Shown here piece after piece: positions 44,096 through 54,189 of a stretch of 64,000 nucleotides of DNA. The stretch's first letter is position 1; each line of letters starts with the position of its first letter. Under the pieces are notes generated by a model. That model was not told where the DNA came from. It ran no database searches and saw only the letters and a program-made list of their open reading frames with translations. Source of the DNA: Octopus vulgaris (taxonomy: Eukaryota); assembly GCA_951406725.2 (NCBI GenBank), contig OX597834.1:29202001-29266000 (forward strand), given 5' to 3'. The position numbers and the translations under genes are program-made.

Positions 44096-45634
44096 TCAGA
44101 AACGTAATTTGGCAATTTACATGGTATAAATTTTCAGTTAAAAATGTGTAACTCTCAGTTGTCCTTTGTGTTTATTTTAAAATATTCTGGAATCTTACAC
44201 AAGATTCTTCAAAGTGAATTTTAAATGTAAAATCAAACTTTAGTTAATTGATTAATACTTCAACGTTCCCTGGCTAATCTTACCACTTCTGACAAATTGC
44301 ATAACAAAAGCTGGGCTTTTGTTATGCAATTTTTCATCTTACTATTTCCAACCAATTGGCTGTGGCCATGCAGGAGCACTGCTATTATGTCATTATCGAT
44401 GGTATTCAAACCCATGAAATATCTTCTACACAGTTGCTTCACTTGCTGCAATCCAACACCTGCCCCACCCAACACACTCTTGAATACTGGGTAACTTTAA
44501 ATAAAGGGATGGCACATTAGATAATGTAGTCCTAGTTAAACATTTCTATTCTTTCCTAAACAAGTTCTCTACATTTTTCATTTTTTCTCTCTCAATTTAT
44601 TTATTCCTGGAACACACCCTGCTCCCCACCTCACAACCGCTGTCAGGTTTTGTAACTCTGTTCCTCAACTGAGTGACTATCCTCTCCCCAGGTTTCACTC
44701 GGCACTCACCACCACCACCATATCCAAGTAATGATGAAAATGTGAAATGAATTTGTCTTTTTGAATGCAATTGTTTTGAAGTGGAGAGAGGAAGGGGTGA
44801 GGGAGGTAAAGGGGATCAGTGAGGTCAGAGCAAGACTAAACAACTACTACCCCCCTCCACTACCCCTCACTACCCCCCATTCCATGTCTTTACCACACTG
44901 ACCACACAGCCACAACACCTCTTCATTACAACCACCACCACCACCACCATCACCATCACTAACCAACATCAACACCACCATCGACAGCAACAAGGACAGC
45001 AATGACACTAAATACTACCACCACCACGACCACCACAACAATAACAACCACCACCACCACCACCACCACCACCACCACCGCCACCACCACCGCTGCCGCC
45101 GCCGCCGCTGCCACCGCCACCACCACCAACACCAGCACCACCACCACCACCAGCACCAGCACCAGCACCACCAGCACCACCACCACCACCACCACTAGCA
45201 TCACTACTATGAGCACTCCACCACCACAACCACATTTTTAACCCCACCCCCGCATCAGCACCACCACCACCAGCATTATGAGTACCAGCAACATCATCAA
45301 CAGTGTTGTTACCAATCAGGACCTCCACATGACCACTGCCACCACCACCACCACCACCACCACCACCCACCGTCACCACCAAGATGTTAATGGATTCAGT
45401 GAAGAAACTATAATCCCTTAAAGATAATCTCATTTAACAACATTAACAACAACAACAACAACAACAACATTGACACCCACAAAATAACGACAACAGCAAA
45501 AACATTAATGGCAACAACAACAACAATACTGGCAACAATAACAACAATAATAATAAAACATTGTTAACTGCAATGACAACAACATAATCATCAAAAACAA
45601 CAACAGCAACAATAACAACAAATGGCTGCAATAT

Positions 45635-46700
45635 AGCTGTGAGGTAAGAAGCTGACTTCCAAATTCTATGGTTCTGAGTTCAGTCCCACTGCATGGCACC
45701 TTGGGCAAGTGTCTTCTACTATAGCCCTGAGATGACCAAAGCCTTGTGAGTGGATTTGGTAGATGGAAACTGAAAGAAGCCCAATGAAAATGAGTGTATG
45801 TGTGTGTGTTTATGTCTGTTTGACCCCACCACAAGTGCTTGACAACTAGTGTTGGTGTGATTATGTCCCCTGTAACTTGGCAGTTCAGCAAAAGAAACTG
45901 ATACACATATGTTTCTCTTTTCTCTTTTCTCTTTTACTTGTTTCAGTCATTTGACTGCGGCCATGCTGGAGCACCACCTTTAATCGAGCAACTCGACCCC
46001 GGGACTTATTTTTTGTAAGCCCAGTACTTATTCTATCGGTCTCTTTTGCCAAACCGCTAAGTAACAGTGGTTGTCAAGCAATGCTAGGGGGACAAACACA
46101 GACACACAAACACACACACGCATATATATATATACATATATACGACAGGCTTCTTTCAGTTTCCGTCTACCAATTCCACTCACAAGGCTTTGGTCGGCCT
46201 GAGGCTATAGTAGAAGACACTTGCCCAAGGTGCCACGCAGTGGGACTGAACCCAGAACCATGTGGTTGGTAAACAAGCTACTTACCACACAGCCACTCCT
46301 ATGTATGTATATCATTTATCTTTCACTTGTTTCAATCATTAGACTGCAGCCATGCTGGGGCATCATGTAGAATTTTAGTCAAACAAATTGACCCAAGTAC
46401 ATATGTTTAACGTTTTTAAGCCTGGTACTTATTCTATCAAGCTCTTTTGCTGAACCTCTAAGTTACAAGTATATAAACACTCTGACACCAGTTCTCAAGA
46501 GCTGAGTGAAAGATGAACAGCGATACAATCACACATACTCAAACCTCTTTCAGTTTTCTTCTCCCAAATCCACTCACAAAGCTTTGGTCAGGCTGTAGCT
46601 ATAGTACAAGATACTTGCTGACGGTGCCACACAGTGGGACTGAACCCAGAACCATTTGGTTGAGAGACAAATGTCTCACCACAGAGCTATACCTGTGTCT
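45635..46700. mobile_element. Three adjacent SINE family A copies (45635-45900 +, 45915-46300 -, 46315-46700 - and older)
   Basis: Module-wise matches to the family A sequence. Confidence 0.8.
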
Positions 46701-46973
46701 ACGTATGTATATATACTAGTGTAACTATGTATGTATATACACTTGTGTGTCTGATTCTATATACATGATGGTTATATATTTGTATGCTTTTCTCCTCAGC
46801 GTATGTGCCATAGACACACATTCCAACACTTATATGTCTATGTATAATGTACACACACACATACACATTCTTATTCATATTATTCCCAAAAGTAAAAGTT
46901 AAACAATATTGCCTCAGTTGTAGAATGATAGGTGTATATATGTATACACATATTACACCCCCACACATGCATG

Positions 46974-47021
<48 letters not shown>

Positions 47022-47044
47022 ATACAATATGTTACATTACTCGG

Positions 47045-47118
47045 TAGTCAAGATAAAACTCTGAGTTTCAGATGCCGAAGTGGAAATCCACAACACCATC
47101 TCTTCGGTTATCTGGCTA
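47045..47118 (-). ncRNA. Mirror copy of the hammerhead candidate on the left arm
   Basis: Reverse complement of 48291-48364. Confidence 0.65.
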
Positions 47119-47308
47119 TTTGAAAACGTTATGAAAAAATACCGTTAAAAATGAAGGGAAATTACTCTGTTATAACTCTGCTTTGCCTGCGTACTTATAC
47201 ATCGCTCGCATTTTTCGTCATAAAAATTATATAAAAATACATAAAAAATATATAAAAATATATAAAAATATATAAAATCTTCTTGGGACATAACACAGAA
47301 AGCATGTT

Positions 47309-47713
47309 CTATCCGTTTTCTTTAGGGGACCAAAAACGTAACAGAAATTTAGTCACATGTGGGCATGATCCGAAAAGTTCTGTCCTTGTATTTAGACATG
47401 TGGTAGGGTCTAAGCTGCTTTTCCAGATAAGCCATCTCTCCATGTCGCATAAACCGCACCTTCCGCTGCCGTTAGTATAGGGCTTACATCTGGCCAAAAT
47501 CTTCCATTGTATGTTATAATCGACACCTTTATCTCTTAAAGACCAAATATGATTGGATAATTGTGTCGCTTTTCTTTTGTTCCAGTGCCTAAAGCTCAAA
47601 GTGTGGTTATTGAACCTGGTCTTGAAATTACCCTCTGTCAGGCCCACGTATTTCTTCGTCAAAACGGTGTCTTTAGTGGTTATAGAGTTTACGGTAGCCT
47701 CATATATGATGCT
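47309..47713 (-). CDS. Mirror copy of the same GIY-YIG domain on the left arm
   Basis: ORF 47309..47848(-) is identical to 47561..48100(+) except SIIYE versus SLIYD at the hairpin centre. Confidence 0.85.
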   Translation of the reverse strand, partial: SIIYEATVNSITTKDTVLTKKYVGLTEGNFKTRFNNHTLSFRHWNKRKATQLSNHIWSLRDKGVDYNIQWKILARCKPYTNGSGRCGLCDMERWLIWKSSLDPTTCLNTRTELFGSCPHVTKFLLRFWSPKENG

Positions 47714-48100
47714 ACCGTAAACTCTATAACCACTAAAGACACCGTTTTGACGAAGAAATACGTGGGCCTGACAGAGGGTAATTTCAAGACCAGGTTCAAT
47801 AACCACACTTTGAGCTTTAGGCACTGGAACAAAAGAAAAGCGACACAATTATCCAATCATATTTGGTCTTTAAGAGATAAAGGTGTCGATTATAACATAC
47901 AATGGAAGATTTTGGCCAGATGTAAGCCCTATACTAACGGCAGCGGAAGGTGCGGTTTATGCGACATGGAGAGATGGCTTATCTGGAAAAGCAGCTTAGA
48001 CCCTACCACATGTCTAAATACAAGGACAGAACTTTTCGGATCATGCCCACATGTGACTAAATTTCTGTTACGTTTTTGGTCCCCTAAAGAAAACGGATAG
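47696..48100 (+). CDS. C-terminal GIY-YIG endonuclease domain of a PLE ORF (no RT present). The N-terminal ~45 aa of the listed ORF are antisense read-through of the left arm.
   Basis: SLIY...KKYVGLTEGNFKTRFNNH...LSNHIWSLR...WKIL...CGLCDMER...LNTRTELFGSCPH has the IY/YVG motifs, the conserved R and H, CxxC-x2-E, LN and CxH, with no stops. Confidence 0.85.
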   Translation, partial: SLIYDATVNSITTKDTVLTKKYVGLTEGNFKTRFNNHTLSFRHWNKRKATQLSNHIWSLRDKGVDYNIQWKILARCKPYTNGSGRCGLCDMERWLIWKSSLDPTTCLNTRTELFGSCPHVTKFLLRFWSPKENG

Positions 48101-48290
48101 AACATGCTTTCTGTGTTATGTCCCAAGAAGATTTTATATATTTTTATATATTTTTATATATTTTTTATGTATTTTTATATAATTTTTATGACGAAAAATG
48201 CGAGCGATGTATAAGTACGCAGGCAAAGCAGAGTTATAACAGAGTAATTTCCCTTCATTTTTAACGGTATTTTTTCATAACGTTTTCAAA

Positions 48291-48364
48291 TAGCCAGATA
48301 ACCGAAGAGATGGTGTTGTGGATTTCCACTTCGGCATCTGAAACTCAGAGTTTTATCTTGACTA
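48291..48364 (+). ncRNA. Type-I hammerhead ribozyme candidate in the PLE 3' region
   Basis: agataa-CCGAAGA-gatg...catc-t-GAAA-ctc-a-gag-TT-ttatct. Stem I is agataa/ttatct, stem II is gatg/catc with an inner gtgg/ccac hairpin, stem III is ctc/gag, and the predicted cleavage triplet is GUU. Confidence 0.65.
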
Positions 48365-48454
48365 CCGAGTAATGTAACATATTGTATAGATAAATTTCCT
48401 CTATTTACATAATATTGAGGTCTCTTTCTTTCTTTTGTTATCTTACCGTTTTAT

Positions 48455-48527
<73 letters not shown>

Positions 48528-48607
48528 CATATTTATATATACATATATCAATATGTATATAAATATATATGTATCTATGTATATATAAAAGCTTAAGCTC
48601 TTTTAAC

Positions 48608-48656
48608 TCCTCTCTGATGATGTCAAATCTTTTATATCTCTGAAACAGCTGTAAGG
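48608..48656 (+). ncRNA. Degenerate hammerhead motif
   Basis: tct-CTGATGA-(21 nt, weak stem II)-GAAA-cagctg-TA-agg, with a palindromic stem III ACAGCTGT. Confidence 0.5.
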
Positions 48657-49445
48657 TCACCTTTCAATTTATAAATGTCCTAGGAATATCAAATTGCTTT
48701 GGCCTTGTTTTCTTATTTTATTTAACATATATCTCTATATGTATGTATATGTATATATATATATATGTACACATACACATACACAAACATACATAATGTA
48801 TATACACACATATACATGCTTCAATAACAATGTATATAACGATATATATCAGAGTATACAGTTTTACACGTGTACATCCATGCACACACACACACACACA
48901 CTTTTGCCCTGGCTATTGTGCCTATGGCCACTTATGAGATATTTTCCTTCAACCATTTAAAGGATGAGTGTGTGTGTTTACCACCTCACTGTCCCCACCC
49001 ATCCCCACCTGCTTCTACCTGTCCTTTAGCCATTGTCAACCACAATACCTGATGGCTGTTATTACAACATCACATTGAATAGAGCAAAATGGTTTCAGGT
49101 AGTTGATTGAGCTCTTAAAGTCTTTCGTCTTTATTCAGGTCTTTTCATAGAAATTACCACATTGCCACCATCACCACCGCCACAAGCACCATCACCACCA
49201 CCACACCATCATTACTACTCACCCTTATCAATACTATACTACTGCTACCATTAGTACTATCACTACAATATCACAAGCACCACCACTACCAACACCAACG
49301 ACAACAACATAATAACAGGTTCAACTATAAGAACATAATGGCTATTAACAATGAGGGGAAGTCCCAATGTGGTAGTTTAATTTACCAGAAATAGCAACCA
49401 AATATTCTTTAAATGACACCTTACTTTCGTCTTATGAAGAAGTTT

Positions 49446-49635
49446 CATCATCATCATTGTGTAACGTCCGCTTTCCATGCTAGCATGGGTTGGACGGTTC
49501 AACTGGGGTCTGGGAAGCCCGAAGGCTGCACCAGGCCTAGTCAGATCTGTCAATGTTTCTACAGCTGGATGCCCTTCCTAACACCAACCACTCCGTGAGT
49601 GTAGGGGGTGCTTTTTACGTGCCACTGACACAGGT
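49446..49635 (-). mobile_element. RTE LINE 3' end fragment
   Basis: Same 3' UTR motifs. Confidence 0.7.
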
Positions 49636-49918
49636 TTATAATGGATAATGTTGTCCATGGTTGGTTTAGATTTTAACCATAAATCATACTGCTTTATCAG
49701 AGCTGTTGTTATCATCATAATCATCCTCTTCCTTATCATCATCTGTATCATTTAATGTCCGTTTTTCCATAGATGTGGCTAAGTGGTAAGAAGCCATCAC
49801 CAATATAGCACCAAAAGCAGCTCCAACAGCAACGACAATGGCTATAGCAGCACCAACACCGCCACTAATGCTGTCCCATAACACCAGCACCAACACCAAC
49901 TCCAGCACTACCAGCAAG

Positions 49919-50242
49919 TGGAGGCACAATGTCCCAAGGGTTAGGGCAGCGGACTCGCAGGCGGAGGATCGCGGTTTCAATTCCCAGACTGGGTGTTGTG
50001 TGTGTTTATTGAGAGAAAACACCTAAAGCTCCATGAGGCTCAGGCAGGGGATGGTGGAGACTCCTGTTGTACTCTTTCGTTCCAACTTTCTCTCACTCTT
50101 TCTTCCTGTTTCTTGTCCCCGACTTCCTATGCAACTGCTGAGCCTGGATGCGCATTCATCCATCCGTCGATGCTCTCAGTGTCGGGGGTTGACCTGCTTT
50201 CTCTTCTGCGGGTCTTACGAATAGCAAAGGACAATGTTTCGG
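49919..50242 (+). mobile_element. SINE family C with a different 3' part
   Basis: Head matches the 37320 copy up to aactttctctcactctt and then diverges. Confidence 0.7.
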
Positions 50243-50865
50243 ACTTCTCCCATCTTGCGAGCTCTGGGATGGAGACTGTTCGCTCAACAGCAACAGCACC
50301 ACCAGCAAGGAAAGCAGCATCACCAGCAGCAGTATACAAAGATACATCAGATGTCCTGGAAACACCTTCAAGCAGTGCCTCTCCAACAACTGACCCTCAT
50401 TCAGGATCCCGGAGAGATGATGCACCACATCCTTTGCCAGCCATGTGTGATGCCTGAAGGACAAACGGACTCCATAAATAATCTCATGGAAGATCCTTGA
50501 AAACCCGAACCCTTAATGGGCAAGAATATTAAAGAACTCCCTTCACTTGGGGAAGATTTTAAATTCCAGAATGGAAGTCTTTGGACTCTACTTATACCTC
50601 AGGAGATTCCTACTGAACACCTGGGATCCACAGTCCTTCCTGCAAAGCAAATTAAATAAAATTTGGGATTTTTTATGGAGAGTGAAAGTGGTAACAAGGA
50701 CATATGTATGTATATGTGCATATAGTTATATATTATTTATATAAAATTGTTATATTTCGGAATGGTCATTTTGCCAGTTTAGCCAATAAAAACACACGCA
50801 CTATATATTTGGTGTTATTTTGCTTCAGTGTTATTTATTTTTTACATTAATCTTAATCTTATTTT

Positions 50866-50910
50866 GGCCAGAGTTCTTTCGTCTCACTCCTGTGACTGCA
50901 TCAGTGGTCC
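50866..50910 (-). ncRNA. Minimal type-I hammerhead candidate with a 1-nt core insertion
   Basis: Minus strand reads ggacca-CTGATG(C)A-gtc-acaggagtga-gac-GAAA-gaac-TC-tggcc. Confidence 0.6.
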
Positions 50911-51090
50911 TTTGTTTTCTTCTTTCTTATTTGTGTCTCTCCTTACTAACCGTCAGCCATTTTGTATTTCTATTGTATGTCTTCATTTGCGCATGCTTAT
51001 ATCTCGATGTGCGTCTATGTTTATTTAGTGTGTGTGTGTGTGTGGGGGATGCCTGTAATATTTGTATATACACATATATATATACATACA

Positions 51091-51422
51091 TATACAGCAA
51101 AAAAGAAAAGGGAGGGCATATATAAATGATATACATCAGCTGGTAGACATTCTATTACGTCTATTCTAAAACGTAAGTATAAGGAAGAGACATACTAGAA
51201 TGTCTACCGGCTGATGTATGTCATTTTTGTATTCCCTACATTTTCTTTTTTGCTGCATAAATTAAGGGTAAACCACTTTTTATCCCCACCCATATATGAC
51301 ACTCGATTGCAAAATTGCCACGCAATAACCAGCACTTGGCTATTAATATTTGAGTACCCTACCAGCAGTATATTGGATAGGTACTATCCCTTAGTTGGTT
51401 AGCTTCCCAATCTTTCCCACAG

Positions 51423-51425
<3 letters not shown>
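51091..51425. mobile_element. Older fold-back PLE-like remnant
   Basis: ~67-bp imperfect inverted arms (51091-51157 and 51193-51259), then a tail containing atttgagtac that ends at (TA)n. Confidence 0.55.
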
Positions 51426-51454
<29 letters not shown>

Positions 51455-51460
<6 letters not shown>

Positions 51461-51656
51461 TTTATTTAAAAGCAGCAGAAATTCAACAAAACCTGTTACT
51501 CGGAGTTTCACGTTCCCGTTCGTCGGACAGTTTTGTTAAAACTCCGAGTAACAGGTTTTGTTGAATTTCTGTAGCTTTTAGATAAAGTATATTACTCTAC
51601 CCCTGGCATTTGAGTACTCTTTTTTCCACTTTATTTCACATGTATGTGTTTACTCC

Positions 51657-51660
<4 letters not shown>
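51455..51660. mobile_element. Short fold-back PLE remnant in (TA)n
   Basis: ~53-bp inverted arms (51455-51508 and 51539-51592) with a few mismatches, a hammerhead spanning the left arm and loop, a unique tail to 51660, and (TA)n on both sides. Confidence 0.75.
51485..51537 (-). ncRNA. Minimal type-I hammerhead ribozyme
   Basis: Minus strand reads aacaaaactgt-CCGACGA-acg-ggaa-cgt-GAAA-ctc-c-gag-TA-acaggttttgtt. All three stems pair and the cleavage triplet is GUA. Confidence 0.8.
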
Positions 51661-51698
<38 letters not shown>

Positions 51699-51841
51699 AG
51701 GCTTCTTTCAGTTTCTGTCCACCACTCACACGGCTATAGTAGAAGATACTTGCCCATGGTGCCACATGGTTGGACTGAACCTGGAACCACATGGTTGGGA
51801 AGCAAGCTTCTTAGCACAGAGCCACACCTTCATAAATAGAA

Positions 51842-51924
<83 letters not shown>

Positions 51925-51926
<2 letters not shown>

Positions 51927-52074
51927 GGTCCCGGGTTGATTCGGGGTTAACCACAGTAAATAAGGTACTCAATACATAGCAGAGTAAAAATAATTTATTA
52001 TATAGAAGGAGCTTCTACAGGACTAGAACTGTTTCATTCGAATGAAACAGTTCTAGTCCTGTAGAAGCTCCTTC

Positions 52075-52083
<9 letters not shown>
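51925..52083. mobile_element. Short fold-back PLE-like remnant with a perfect 88-bp palindrome
   Basis: 51996-52039 is the exact reverse complement of 52040-52083 (centre ttc|gaa). A unique tail lies on the left, (TA)n flanks both sides, and the arms contain GAAACAGTTCTA. Confidence 0.7.
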
Positions 52084-52113
<30 letters not shown>

Positions 52114-52676
52114 CATGATGTCAACCTTAGTTTGCTCCATTGTTACGTGCAATATTTTTTTTCTGTATATATACTCATCTCCTTAGTCATTTGTAGTTGA
52201 ACAATCTTAAACATAACAAACAACAAACATAACCAACACAGACAAATATAAAACAAACAAATGAATGATGATTATCTTATTGTCCACCTGTTGTCCACTA
52301 GATATTCTTATTTTCCATCTTGGTGTTATATCAGTCCTGGTTGTGTTCGTGGTGTTTATCCAAGCCACTAACAATTGTTTTTGTTTTTTTGTCTTTTCCA
52401 TTAACCAGTTGTGAAACTGTGAAGGGTTTCTTTATACGTAAAGAACATCGATGTATTTTACATCTTCATGCCATTTTGGGATCACTTTGTGTTTCATGGA
52501 CAATAAGAAATTATGTAGCTTTTAGGATACATATATAGATATGCATATATATGTGTATATGTATGAAAATATCTATATCTCTATCTGTTCTTCCCCCACC
52601 TCTGTGTGTGTGTATGAGTATATATATATATATATAGACAGAGAAAGATAGATAGATAGAAATATATACACACACA

Positions 52677-53030
52677 CTAGCAATGCATCCTGGCATTGCC
52701 TGGGTGTTTTGACCTACAGCCATATTGTATTATTTGTTTCTTTCTTATGGAAATCATGGACATGCAGCCTACAAGATACTCTCAAAATCTTTCCAGTTTG
52801 AACTTCCATAAGGCAAACTGGAAATAAATTGAGAAAGAGATCCTCAAACAAAACTGGCCAAAATGTCTCTACTCACTGGACATCGACATGAAACTTCAAC
52901 AATTCGTGTCTGTAATGCAAACCATATGCTACAAATGTGTCCTGGAGACAAAGAACAAAATCCCCAGGGAGAGGAAAATTTTTCTGAGACAGCATACAAA
53001 AATTTCATCACTGCCTTTGTTTTTATGTGT
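52677..53030 (+). mobile_element. Possible non-autonomous Helitron/Helentron-like repeat
   Basis: Begins actagc...cctggcattgcctggg (terminal CTAG plus a short hairpin). Only one copy is present here. Confidence 0.3.
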
Positions 53031-53569
53031 GTGTGTATGAATGTATATACACACATATATACATATTTATACATATATGCACACATATATTGATATAATT
53101 ATAGATTTATCAAATATGTATATTTATAATCATAATTCTTTATCAATCTACTAATGTGTCTACCTATGTATATTTCTAGCTTTCTCTCTCTCTTTCTCTC
53201 TTTATATATACACACATATATACAGTATATGTACACATATATAGAAGATATATACACATATCTATAATATATATATATATATTAATCTATATTTGTTGAT
53301 ATATGTATATGAATATCTATACACGCTTTAAAGAAAGAAGAAAAGAAAGTAGATCAATTAAGACAAATTGCTTTATTGGACACAAATATAGACAAGTGCA
53401 GGAAGGAAGCCCGCCCCTCCCCCTCCCACTTCCGGGAAGACGTATTCATTCATTGGGTGGGTTTGGTGGAGGAGTGGGGATAGGGGAGTAATAAAAATAA
53501 AAGTACAAAACAATATTTATAGAATAAAATACTATGTAAACTAAATGACTAAAAGCAAATGACTAATAA

Positions 53570-53968
53570 AGAGGAGGAGGAGGAGGAGGAGAAGAGGAGA
53601 AGAGGAGGAGGAGAAGAAGAAGAAGAAGAAGAAGAAGAAGGAGAATGAGAAGAAGAAGAAGAAGAAAAAGAAGAAGAAAAGGAAGAAGAAGAAGAAGAAG
53701 AAGAAGAAGAAAAGGAAGAAAAAGAAGAAGAAGAAGAAGACGAAGACGAAGAAGAAGAAGAAGAAGAAGAAGAAGAAGAAGAAGAAGAAGAAGAAGAAGA
53801 AGAAAAAGAAGAAGAAAAGGAAGAAGAAAAGGAAGAAGAAGAAGAAGAAAAAGAAAAAGAAGAAGAAGAAGAAGAAGAAGAAGAAGAAGAAGAAGAAGAA
53901 GAAGAAGAAGAAGAAGAAGAAGAAGAAAGAAAGAAGAAGAAGAAAAAGAAGAAGAAGAAGAAGAAGAA
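53570..53968. repeat. (GAG)n/(GAA)n polypurine tract
   Basis: Seen directly in the sequence. Confidence 0.95.
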
Positions 53969-54125
53969 ACTGAAATAATTCAGAAATATCAGAATCTGTT
54001 AAGGTGACAATTATTCCTGTAGTATTTGGTGCACTTGGCACAACACCCAATCTGCTAACCAAGAAGCTGAAAGATGTTGCAACTGAGTCTCACACTGATG
54101 GTCCTGTATTCTGCAAGAATTCTAA
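53965..54125 (+). mobile_element. RLE C-terminal fragment of an R4/Dong-like LINE
   Basis: KYQNL..VTIIPVVFGALGTTPNLL. Confidence 0.55.
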
Positions 54126-54189
54126 AAGAAAGATAGTTGAAATTTGGGGTGACTTGCAGTCACTAAATCTCAAGAGAATCTCCCTGCAA

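Larger units (their letters stand above)
47017..48456. mobile_element. 5'-truncated Penelope-like element inserted as a 1,376-bp fold-back palindrome plus a ~64-bp unique tail, inside a (TA)n tract
   Basis: 47017-47704 is the reverse complement of 47705-48392 (paired positions sum to 95409). The only mismatch seen is 47699/47710. It encodes a GIY-YIG domain, carries hammerhead motifs, and has (TA)n on both sides. Confidence 0.9.

Noticed and set aside
47561-47695. Apparent N-terminus of the 179-aa ORFs, suggesting two complete genes
   Set aside because: This segment is the antisense of the opposite arm and starts at a non-ATG codon. The real coding similarity begins at the hairpin centre.
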